NCBI RefSeq assembly: GCF_009914755.1
Contig: NC_060940.1
Length of the DNA stretch: 64,000 nt
Direction: 5' to 3' (one strand)
DNA from: the human T2T-CHM13v2.0 reference genome, Homo sapiens
The number at the start of each line of letters is the position of its first letter. Positions within the stretch are counted from its first letter, which is position 1. A model generated the notes under the pieces. That model saw only the letters and a list, made by a program, of their open reading frames with translations, was not told the origin of the DNA and ran no database searches. Shown here one piece after another: positions 14,926 to 26,725 of this stretch. The position numbers were made by a program, and so were the translations under genes.

Positions 14926-17900
14926 ACTGAATGAGAGGCTGATAAGTTCACACAGCTCTAATTTCAGTCACAAATCCCCCAAACATACCCATTTCAGTTA
15001 TGCTCAATGACTGGATAAGGTAGGAGATTGCAGCTTGTCCTGTTGTACATGTGAGAAGCTGTTCATTGCAAACCAACATCTGTGACTTTGAGCTTCAACT
15101 CTTATGTTAAGACACAGCTTGTCTTATCTGCCCTTGGATCTTACCAAGTATGCTGCATCTCCTCCAGTTAGCGATCATGAGGTCCTCCTGTGTTCTCTCA
15201 GTGTCAGATGCTTTGGATAAAGACTGCCTTTCTATTTGGAATCTTTACAGGATTCTCAACATTAATTTTTTCATGGGTCATGTAGACTATATTTTAAGTC
15301 AGATCATCCAAAATATACCTCTCAAATTCTGCAAAATCCATCCAGCCATTTTAATTGTCTCTGTATAAAAGTCTTCCCAGAGGACATATGTCTAGCTTGT
15401 TGCCTGCCTGTAGAGTTGCTCCAGGGTTCCCACAAGGGTTAGTGGGGTGTGTGTGCACACGCACACATGCAAGTGTATGCCTAACAGCAATTTCTCTGAT
15501 CAAGTGTCACGTGGTAGTCCTGGTCCCACTGTGCTCCTAGAAGACTTGTTGCCAGAACCCCTCAGCACCTCACAAAGAAGGTGCACATAAGGAGACAATC
15601 TAGGACCCCTAGAAGGCAAAACAGGACCATCTGCATCTTCTCCAGATTGTGAAGGTTGACTTCTTCATGCTGGGAGGTGGAAGGGCAGTTCTCAGTCTGT
15701 GGCAGCTGAGAGCAGAGCAGGTTATGACCCTGACAGTACTGATAAAGCATGTATCCAGCTTGATTTTTGCAGTCCATTGTCAGAACTGGTGGAGAAGGAG
15801 GGTTGGAAACAGGAGCCGTAGAGATTAGGGTGGGGCGTAAAATCAGACAACAGGACAAGTGTCACTGCAGAGCAGGTCTGAAGAGCAGATAGAAGGACAA
15901 GGACACTTGAAGGAAAGAAGAAGGGAGCTTCATGTGTGCTGAGAGCTTTCTTCATGCCAGGATTTGCTCTGTTAGCATTCGCACACTTGGTCTTATTTAA
16001 TCCCACAGGCAGAGTGCTTCAGGAAAAGCCAGAGTTTTGTTTAGACCCTGGACCTACCATTAGGAAGCTTTGTCACTTAAGGCCCGTTGTTTTGCTTCTG
16101 TTCGCTTTCATTTTACATCCAAAAATTGGAACAATGATGCTAAGAGATAATATAGCACACATGGGCTCGTGGCCAGTGAATTGTGAGTTTGAGTCCTGGC
16201 TTGCCAACCTTTGGTCTCTGCAACTTTGGGTAAATCACTTAACCTCTCTGTGCTTGAATCTTCTGTAGACAAAAAGCATGACCCACCTGGTATGGCCTTG
16301 TGAACTGCATGAGAAAGTGCATAGAAAACAGTTGACCTGACACCAGGCTCATAGTAAACAATATATTTTCACTCTTTTAATTATTTATATAAATTTTTAC
16401 TTTATAATTTTCTTAATAGGGCTTACATGAAATAATCTATGTAAAGTATCAGACACATTACAGGTACTTAATAAATGTCACTTCCTCCATTTCTGTCCCC
16501 TAATTTTCACAACTATATTGTAGATAATTTTACAAAAAAATGAAAGTGGATTCAGATTAGTTGAGAAACTTTCCCAAGATTACACAACTGAAACCAGCAG
16601 GACTGGAATGAAACCCACTCCATCTGCCTGCAGTCCCAGTGTTCTCCTTGAGATTAAGAGTTGGCAGATCACGTGAAATCTCTCTGCATTGGGATGTTTA
16701 TGATCCTTTCGTCTGTCTGCCAGAAGTCACTAATCATTGAGCTGTTGTCCACGTTGGCCCAGATTACCCAAGGTACATGGCTGACAGACGTTGAGGATGA
16801 TTCTATAGAAAGCATCCAGGGTCCTTCCTAGAGGATCATCCATTCTTTTTATTCCTGCAGAGGGGCATGAAAAGGGTGCACAAAATTTCCCATGGGAGTG
16901 GGCTCTTCCTTAAGAACTGATGAGACCCAAAGAGCAGAGCCCATAAAAGCAACTAGATTCAAAAAGGTGACCTGCAAATCCTCCACTGCCACACAGCAGC
17001 CCTCCCCTTGGAGACCCTCGGGGCCCATGTAGAAGATTTGTGCCACCATCCAAAGGGCATGCGATCATAGATAGTCATAAGAGATTTTAATTTAGAGTTG
17101 CGGAGCCTCCAAGCCACAACAAAGAAAATTGGTAAAACTGAGTTATGGAAAGAGATGGCACGATGCCAGAGAGAGCTGGATAATTCTCCACCACCCTGGC
17201 CCCACCCCTCACCAGGCCCTGAAAGCACATGGAGAGACTTGCAAGAAGCCCATAGTGGGAGAATGAGGTGCATGCCTGACTCCTTGGTCACAGGATGGAG
17301 TCTCAGTTAACAAGGCTAGGTTATGAAGTGAGCACATGAGGCTAACCTGGTGTATAGGGTCAATATTACCCTGGATAATTCCTTAAATAGCCCATAAAAT
17401 AAAATCTGTGCTGTTTTATTTATATAACCCTGTTAAGTTTTTGTTAGGCACACTCAAGTTTGAGAACCACTAAGGTAGACCAAAGAAAGAAGCTAGCAGC
17501 AATGTCAATATGCAGATATCTGCACATTTAAACCAGTCTTCCTTCAAGATAATGAACCGATCCCTAATAAAGAAGAGGAATGGATGGGGAATTATGAGAT
17601 GTTTTTCCTTGCCTGTAATGTTTACCATGATGTATGATAATATTAAGGCTCTATAACTTTAATGCATGTGATCAGGTGTGTTGTTGGATAGATTAATCAA
17701 TAGATATAGTGAAAACATGTAGCATAAGATGTGGCACATAATAGATACTCAATGAATGCCTATTGAGTATAAATCGTGCCCAATCAGATCCACATACACA
17801 CTGATTTTTTAATGTAGCAGAGAAGAGCTTGGCCATCTGCTTCTTGCCGTTCCAAGGTGTTATTTGCTCCTGTGGCCCAATTTTCACGTCCTTGGGCATT

Positions 17901-19261
17901 GATTTCATGATACTCTAGATATACCATGGGGTCTAGCTTTCCTTCTACCTCACCAGCTGGGGACTTCTGGGCAAAGGGTAAACTGAAGTAAAGTGCAACC
18001 AAGCCATATATATAGATATCATATCCTGGAGAGATGCCAAAGTGAAGTTAGCAATGGAACATTCAAGTCACCATTCATCCTGCAATGTCATGCATACTTA
18101 GGGAGGAAGAGAAGAAGTTGGCATCTGTTAAGTTCCCATGATGTGCCAAGAATTTTACTCATAGGGAATTCAAAACACAGACTCCAAATATACATGGGAT
18201 GCAGAATCCAACATTTCAAGAATTCTCTTTTTCAAGAAATATTTATTGAGCGCCTGCTCTGTACTGAGGTCTGCTATTAGTGTGGGGGCACAGCTGTGAA
18301 CAATGATATGAAAACCCCTTCCCTCCTGGGGCTTGACTTCTGCAGGAGGATCACAATATGGAGTGACAGCAAGGCAGGTGGTGGGAAATTTGGGGTGAAA
18401 TTTGGAAATGCCGAGCTGAGCCCATGGTGACAATTTACATTCTCCTGGCCCCATGGTGGGAGGCAACCTGGATCCTCTCAAAGGGGACAGAATGGGGTGC
18501 TCACAGGACATAACATCTTGGGACCTCTAGAACTCTCCTCCTGAGGCACTGTTCAAGGTTCTGTCTTTGGCTCATCCCTAACCCAGCCCACGTCTACACT
18601 TCTCTGGGCAGAAAAAAACGTGGCAAAGAATTGGCCAAAATAGCCTTCTCCACAGGACAATCCTAGCTCTGTTTGGCTTACAGAGGAGGATTATATGAAC
18701 TTGACCAAAGAGAAACATGAGGATGTCACTAAGATACCTGCCCCAGGCAAGCAACATGGTTCCCACTGCTCCATGTCCAGTCCCCACTGCCCAAAGGTGT
18801 ATACCTGATGATTCATCAGATCTGGCAGGTGAGAGGCTCTGGCTCTGGCTCCAGATCCTACAAGGTGGGAACATTGTCTTATGTACCTCTGGATCTTTAA
18901 GATATGACATGAGACTTGGTACACCATAGGTGCTTAGTATATGTTTATTGAATGCATGAGCAAGTGGTTGAATGATCAAGACAGACATAAGGAGATCCGT
19001 TCCAAGATGGCTGAATAGGAACAGCTCCGGTCTGCAGCTCCCAGTGTGATTGATGCAGAAGATGGGTGATTTCTGCATTTCCAACTGAGGCACCTGGTTC
19101 ATCTCATTGGGATGGTTGGACAGTAGGTGCAGCCCACGGAGGGTGAGCTGAAGCAGGGCGGGGCATTGCCTCACCCGGGAAGTGCAAGGGGTCGGGGAAT
19201 TTCCCTTTCCTAGCCAGGGAAGCCATGACAGACTGTACCTGGAAAAACGGGACACTCCCAC

Positions 19262-19429
19262 TCAAATACTGCACTTTTCCCAAGGTCTTAGCAACTGGCA
19301 GACAAGGAGATTCTCTCCCGTGCCTGACTCGGTGGGTCCTTCGCCCACAGAGCCTTGCTCACTGCTAGCACAGCAGTCTGAGATCAAACTGTGAGGCGGC
19401 AGCCTGGCCGGGAGAGGGGTGTCCATCAT
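19262..19429 (-). pseudogene. L1 antisense ORF0 homologue, truncated to 55 aa
   Basis: MMDTPLPARLPPHSLISDCCASSEQGSVGEGPTESG... matches primate L1 ORF0 (MAGAPPPASLPPCSLISDCCAS...). TGA at 19264-19262. Confidence 0.8.
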
Positions 19430-20026
19430 TGCTGAGGCTTGAGTAGGTAAACAAAGTGGCCGGGAAGCTTGAACAGGGAGGAGCCCACCACAGCTCAGCA
19501 AGGCCTACTGCCTCTGGACTACACCTCTGTGGGCAGGGCTTAGCTGAACAAAAGGCAGCAGACAACTTCTGCAGATTTAAGTGTCCCTGTCTGACAGCTC
19601 TGAAGAGAGCAGTGGTTCTCCCAACATGGCGTTTGAGCACTGAGAACGGACAGACTGCCTCCTCAAGTGGGTCCCTGACCCCTGTGTAGCCTAACTGGGA
19701 GACATCTCCCAGTAGGGGCTGACAGACACCTCATACAGGCGGGTGCTCCTCTGGGACAAAGCTTCCAGAGGAAGGATGAGGCAGCAATATTTGCTGTTCT
19801 GCAATATTTGCTGTTCTGCAGCCTCTGCTGATGATACCCAGGCAAACAGGTCTGGAGTGGACCTCCAGCAAACCCCAACAGACCTGCAGCTGAGGAACCT
19901 GACTGTTAGAAGGAAAACTAACAAACAGAAAGGAATAGCATCAACATCAACAAAAAGGACATCAACACCAAAACCCCATCTGTAGGTCACCATCGTCAAA
20001 GACCAAAGGTAGATAAAACCACAAAG

Positions 20027-21051
20027 ATTGGGAGAAACCACAGCAGAAAAGCTGAAAATTCTAAAAATCGAGCACCTCTTCTCCTCCAAAGGATCGCAGC
20101 TCCTTGCCAGCAACGGAACAAAGCTGGACGGGGAATGACTTTGACGAGTTGACAGAAGTAGGCTTCAGAAGGTTGGTAATAACAAACTTGTCCAAGCTAA
20201 AGGAGCTTGTTCAAACCCATCGCAAGGAAGCTAAAAACCTTGAAAAAAGGTTAGATGAATGGCTAACTAGAATAAACAGTGTAGAGAAGATCTTAAATGA
20301 CCTGATGGAGCTGAAAACCATGGCGCAAGAACTTCGTGATGCATGCACAAGCTTCAATAGCTGACTTGATCAAGTGGAAGAAAGGGTATCAGTGACTGAA
20401 GATCAAATTAATGAAATAAAGTGAGAGGACAAGGTTAGAGAGAAAAGAGTAAAAAGAAATGAACAAAGCCTCCAAGAAATATGGGACTGTGTGAAAAGAC
20501 CAAATCTACGTTTGATTGGTGTACCTGAAAGTGATGGGGAGAATGGAAACAAGTTGGAAAACACTCTTCAGGATATTATCCAGGAGAACTTGCCTAACCT
20601 AGCAAGGCAGGCCAACATTCAAATTCAGGAAATGCAGAGAACACCACAAAGATACTCCTCGAGAAGAGCAACCCCAAGACACATAATTGTCAGATTCACC
20701 AAGGTTGAAATGAAGGAAAAAATGTTAAGGGCAGCAAGAGAGAAAGGTCGAGTTACCCACAAAGGGAAGCCCATCAGACTAACAGTGGATCTCTTGGCAG
20801 AAACCCTACAAGCCAGAAGAGAGTGGGGGCCAATATTCAACATTCATAAAGGAAAGAATTTTCAACCCAGAATTTCATATCCAACCAAACTAAGCTTCAT
20901 AAGTGAAGGAGAAATAGAATCCTTTACAGACAAGCAAATACTGAGAGATTTTGTCACCACCAGGCCTGCTTTACAAGAGCTCCTGAAGGAAGCACTGAAC
21001 ATGGAAAGAAACAATCAGTACCAGCCACTGCAAAAACATGCTAAATTGTAA
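20027..21051 (+). pseudogene. L1 ORF1p, disrupted
   Basis: Start codon mutated to ATT (20027), an early frameshift, and TGA stops at 20362 and ~20422. ORF-track pieces 20104-20364 and 20491-21051 (RPNLRLIGVPE...ERNNQYQPLQKHAKL) are ORF1p. Confidence 0.92.
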
Positions 21052-21114
21052 AGACCATTGATGCTCTGAAGAAACTGCCTAAATTAATGGGCAAAATAAC
21101 TAGCTAACATCATA

Positions 21115-24100
21115 ATGACAGGATCAAATTCACACATAACAATATTAACCTTAAATGTAAATGGGCTAAATGCCCCAATTAAAAGACACAAACTAGCAAA
21201 TTGGATAAAGAGTCAAGACCCATCAGTGTGCTGTATTCAGGAGACACATCTCATGTGCAAAGATGCACATAGGCTCAAAATAAAGGGATGGAGGAAGATC
21301 TACCAAGCAAATGGAAAGCAAAAAAAAGCAGGGGTTGCAATCCTAGTCTCTGATAAAACAGACTTTAAACCAAAAAAGATCAAAAGAGACAAAGAAGGCC
21401 ATTACATAATGGTAAAGTGATCAATTCAACAAGAAGAGCTAAGTATCCTAAATATATTATGCTCCCAATACAGGAGTGCCCAGATTCATAAAACAAGTTT
21501 TTAGAGACCTACAAAGATACTTAGACTCCCACACAATAATAATGGGAGACTTTAACACCCCACTGTCAATATTAGACAGATCAATGAGACAGAAGGTTAA
21601 CAGGAATATCCAGGACTTGAACTTAGCTCTGGACCAAGTGGACCTAATAGACATCTACAGAACTCTCCACCCCAAATCAACAGAATATACAGTCTTCTCA
21701 GCACCAAATCACACTTATTCTAAAATTGAGCACATAATTGGAAGTAAAACACTCCTCAGCAAATGTAAAAGAACAGAAATCACAACAAACTGTCTCTCAG
21801 ACCACAGTGCAATCAAGTTAGAACTCAGGATTAAGAAACTCACTCAAAATCGCACAACTACATGGAAACTGAACAACTTGCTCCTGAATGACTACTGGGT
21901 AAATAATGCAATGAAGGTGGAAATAAAGATGTTCTTTGAAACCAGTGAGAACAAAGACACAAAGTACCAGAATCTCTGGGACACATTTAAAGCAGTATGT
22001 AGAGGGAAATTTATAGCACTAAATGCCCACAAGAGAAAGCAGGAAAGATCTAAAATTGACACTCTAACATCACAATTAAAAGAACTAGAGAAGCAAGAGC
22101 AAACAAATTCAAAAGCTAGCAGAAGGCAAGAAATAACTAAGATCAGAGCAGAACTGAAAGAGATAGACACACAAAAAATCCTTCAAAAAATCAGTGAATC
22201 CAGGAGCTGGTTTTTTGAAAAGATCAACAAAATTGATAGACCACTAGCAAGATTAATGAAGAAGAAAAGAGAGAAGAATCAAATAGATGCAACAAAAAAT
22301 GATAAAGGGGATATCACCACCAATCCCACAGAAATACAAACTGCCATCAGAGAATACTATAAACGCCTCTATGCAAATAAATTAGAAAATCTAGAAGAAA
22401 TGGATAAATTCCTATACACATACACCCTCCCAAGACTAAACCAGGAAGAAGTTGAATCTCTGAAATTGAGGCAATAATTAATAGCTTACCAACCAAAAAA
22501 GTCCAGGACCAGACAGATTCACAGCCGAATACTACCAGAGGTACAAAGAGGAGCTGGTACCATTCCTTCTGAAACTATTCCAATCAATAGAAAAAGAGGG
22601 AATCCTTCCTAACACATTTTATGAGGCCAACATCATCCTGATACCAAATCCTGGCAGAGACACAACAAAAAAAGAGAATTGTAGACCAATATCCCTGATA
22701 AATATCAATGCAAAAATCCTCAATAAAATACTGGCAAACCGAATCCAGCAGCACATCAAAAAGCTTACCCACCACGATCAGGTTGGGTTTATCCCTGGGA
22801 TGCAAGGCTGGTTCAACATATGCGAATCAATAAACATAATCCATCACATAAAGAGAACCAATGACAAAAACCACATGATTATCTCAATAGATGCAGAAAA
22901 GGCCTTCAACACAATTCCACAGCACCTTTATGCTAAAAACTCTCAATAAACTAGATATTGATAGAATGTATCTCAAAATAATAAGAACTACTTATGACAA
23001 TCCCACAGCCATTATCATACAGAATGGGCAAAAACTAGAAGCATTCCCTTTGAAAACCGGCACAAGACAAGGATGCCCTCTCTCACCACTCCTATTCAAC
23101 ATAGTGTTGGAAGTTCTGGCCAGGGCAATCAGGCAAGAGAAATAAATAAAGGAAAAGAGGAAGTCAGATTGTCCCTGTTTGCAGATGACATGATTGTATA
23201 TTTAGAAAACCCCATCGTCTCAGCCCAAAATCTCCTTAAGCTGATAAGCAACTTCAGCAAAGTCTCAGGATACAAAATCAATGTGCAAAAATCACAAGCA
23301 TTTCTATGCATGAATTACAGACAAACAGAGAGCCAAATCATGAGTGAACTCTCATTCACAATTGCTACGAAGAGAATAAAATACCTAGGAATCCAACTTA
23401 CAAGGGATGTGAAGGACCTCTTCAAGGAGAACTACATACCACTGCTCAACAAAATAAAAGAGGACACAAACAAATGGAAGAACATTCCATGCTCATGGAT
23501 AGGAAGAATCAATACCATGAAAATGACCATACTGCCCAAGGTAATTTATAGATTCAGTGCCATCCCCATCAAGCTACCAATGACTTTATTCACAGAATTG
23601 GAAAAAACTACTTTAAAGTTCATATGGAACCAAAAAGAGCCTGCATTGTGAAGGCAATCCTAAGCAAAAAGAGCAAAGCTGGAGGCATCACACTACCTGA
23701 CTTCAAACTATACTACAAGGCTACAGTAACCAAAACAGCATGGTACTGGTACCAAAACAGATATATAGACCAATGGAACAGAACAGAAGCCTCAGAAATA
23801 ACACCACACATCTACAACTATCTGATCTTTGACAAACCTGACAAAAACAAGAAATAGGAAAAGGATTCCCTATTTAATAAATAGTGCTGGGAAAACTGGC
23901 TAGCCATATGTAGAAAGCTGAAACTGGATCCCTTCCTTACACCTTATACAAAAATTAATTCAAGATGGATTAAAGACTTAAATGTTAGACCCAAAACTGT
24001 AGAAACCCTAGAAGCAAGCCTAGGCAATACCATTCAGGACATAGACATGGGCAAGGACTTCATGACTAAAACACCAAAAGCAATGGCAACAAAAGCCAAA

Positions 24101-24907
24101 ATAGACAAATGGGATCTAATTAAACTAAAGAGCTTCTGCATGGCAAAATAAACTACCATCAGAGTGAACAGGCAACCTACAGAATGGGAGAAAATGTTTG
24201 CAATCTACCCATCTGACAAAGGCCTAATATCCAGAATCTACAAAGAACTCAAACAAATTTACAAGAAAAAAACAAGCAACCCCATCAAAAGGTAGGCAAA
24301 GGTTATGAACAGACACTTCTCAAAAGAACACATCTATGCAGCCAACAGACACATGAAAAAATGCTCATCATCACTGGTCATCAGAGAAATGCAAATCAAA
24401 ACCACAATGAGATACCATCTCACGCCAGTTAGAATGGCGATCATTAAAAAGTCAGGAAACAACAGATGCCAGAGAGGATGTGGAGAAATAGGAATGCTTT
24501 TACACTGTTGGTGGGAGTGTAAATTAGTTCAACCATTGTGAAAGACAGCATGGTGATCCCTCAAGGATCTAGAACTAGAAATACCATTTGACCCAGCAAT
24601 CCCATTACTCGGTATATACCCAAAGGATTATAAATCATGCTACTATAACGACATATGCACCCATATGTTTATTTTGCCACTATTCACAATAGCAAAGACT
24701 TGGAACCAAGCCAAATGTCCATCAGTGATAGACTGGATAAAGAAAATGTGGCACATATGCACCATGGAATACTATGCAGCCGTAAAAAAGGGTGAGTTCA
24801 TGTCCTTTGCAGGGACAGGGATGAAGCTGGAAACCATCATTCTCAGCAAACTATCACAAGGACAGAAAACTGAACACTGCATGTTCTCACTCATGGGTGG
24901 GAACTGA
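21115..24907 (+). pseudogene. L1 ORF2p (endonuclease + reverse transcriptase), disrupted
   Basis: MTGSNSHITILTLNVNGLN start, GDFN and SDH endonuclease motifs, FADD RT motif (23178-23189), C-terminus ...LMGGN*. Broken by a stop at 21418, frameshifts, and small deletions near 22463 and 23150. Confidence 0.93.
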
Positions 24908-25541
24908 ACAATGAGATCACTTGGACACAGGGCAGGGAACATCACACACCAGGGCCTGTCAGGGGGTGGCAGGCTGGGGGAGGGATGGCATTATGAAAAA
25001 TACCTAATGTAAATGACGAGTTGATGGGTGCAACAAACCAACATGGCACATGTTTACCTATGTATCAAACCTGCATGTTGTGCACATGTACCCCAGAACT
25101 TAAAGTATAATAAAAAAAAAAGACAGACTTAAGGAAGCTTGGATGTGTGGATGATGGATGGATGGATGGATATGCTGTGCAGGGGGGTAGATGTATGGTA
25201 TGATTGATGGATAGAGGAAAGAAGGGAGGGTGTTGGTATACCTAACTATTGAGAATGAGCCACATGAGCTAATCCTGTCCAAGGCAACCTGCGGATACGG
25301 TTCAGGCAAAAGGGTGATATAGAGGTCCAAGAACAAAGGGCACTAAACGACAGGTGTGGTGGGAGGAATATGCCAAAATCAGCCTCTGGGAAACCCTGCT
25401 GATGACTACAGAACCCCAGACTCACATCCACCCTATTAGGTAGGCAATATCATTATGCTTATTTCAGAGATCAGAAAACAGAGGCTCACAGTAGTTAAAT
25501 AATTTTCCCCAAGTCAAACATCTGGTATATGTCAGAGCTAA

Positions 25542-25833
25542 TTTTTTTTAGAGACAGGGTCTTGCTCTGCTGCCCAGGTTGCAGTGCAATGGTGCAGTCA
25601 CAGTTTACTGCAGCCTCAACGTCCTGGGCTCAAGTGATCCTCCTGCTTCAGCCCCCTGAATGGCTGAGACTACAGGTGGATGTCACCATACTGGACTAAT
25701 TTTCAAAAATTTTTGTGGAGTTGGAGCCTCGCTATATGGCCCAGACTGGTCTCAAACTCCTATCCTTAAGCAATCTTCATGCCTCCACCTCAAAAAGTGC
25801 TGGGTTTACAGGCGTGAGCCACCATACCTGGCC
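25542..25833 (-). mobile_element. AluJ-like within a MIR
   Basis: Diverged antisense dimer flanked by MIR-like sequence (cagagct... on both sides). Confidence 0.85.
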
Positions 25834-26469
25834 AGAGCTGAAATTTGAACCCAGAGTCAGATTTCACTCTTATACTTAAAAGTTTAGATTAAGAACCAAT
25901 CTTGGATAAAGTAAACATTGCTCTCACAGTCAATACAGAAATTTTAAAACGAAAGGAACTCCATCAGGCACTGAATACCTGTCATCATCAGACTTCATGA
26001 GAAATTTGTTCACATTCATTTATTTGTCCATTTAACAAATATGTACTGAGGGCCAAATATGTCCCAGGTACTAGGAATAGAGCAGTGAGCAGGGCAGATA
26101 AAAATCTCTATCCTTATGGAGCTTACATTCTAGTAGGCGTGGCAGACAATATATAAGTAAACACACAGACATACACATGCACACACACACGCACACACGC
26201 ATGCCCACACCTGCACATATCAGTGGTGATAAGTATTAGGGAGAAAGGCTAGAGAAAATCAAGGATTTTAGATTAAGGATTTTAGAGGTTATCCTGTTTG
26301 AGTAAAGAGGAGAAGGGGCTTCCTGAGAGGGAGAAAGGGCAGAAACTTCAAGGGGCTGTGTGGCTATCTGGAGGAAGGGTCTTCTCATCTCTTACTTATC
26401 TAATTCTCACAACAGTGGAGCCTGGAAAGCATTATTAATTCCAGTGTTAGGTATGAAAAGCTGTGAATG

Positions 26470-26725
26470 TGATGGACATACAGACGGGAAGAACTGACAG
26501 TAGGGACTCGAAAAGGAGGGAGGGAAGGAGCAGGACCAAGGCTGAAAAACAACCTATCGAGGGTACTATGCTCACTATCTGGGTGATGAGATCAATAGAA
26601 ACCCAAACTTTTGCATCACACAATATTCTCCTATAACAAACCTGCACATCTACCTCCTGGATCTAAAATAAAAATGGAAATTACACAAAATAAAGGAAAG
26701 CTTGCTATTACGAAGAAAAAGAAAG
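26470..26725 (+). mobile_element. Short L1 3' end (L1PA16/L1PB-like)
   Basis: gggtactatgctcactatctgggtgatg...acaaacctgcacat...ctaaaataaaa; degenerate TSD gaaaa..tgtgaat. Confidence 0.75.

Larger units (their letters stand above)
18994..25119 (+). mobile_element. Full-length (~6.1 kb) inactive LINE-1, L1PA5-L1PA7 class (L1PA6-like)
   Basis: 5'UTR begins ttccaagatggctgaatagg (YY1 site aagatgg). ORF1, a 63-bp spacer (21052-21114), ORF2, 3'UTR and A-tail follow. TSD aagacagacataagga (18978-18993) / aagacagacttaagga (25120-25135), one mismatch. Confidence 0.95.
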
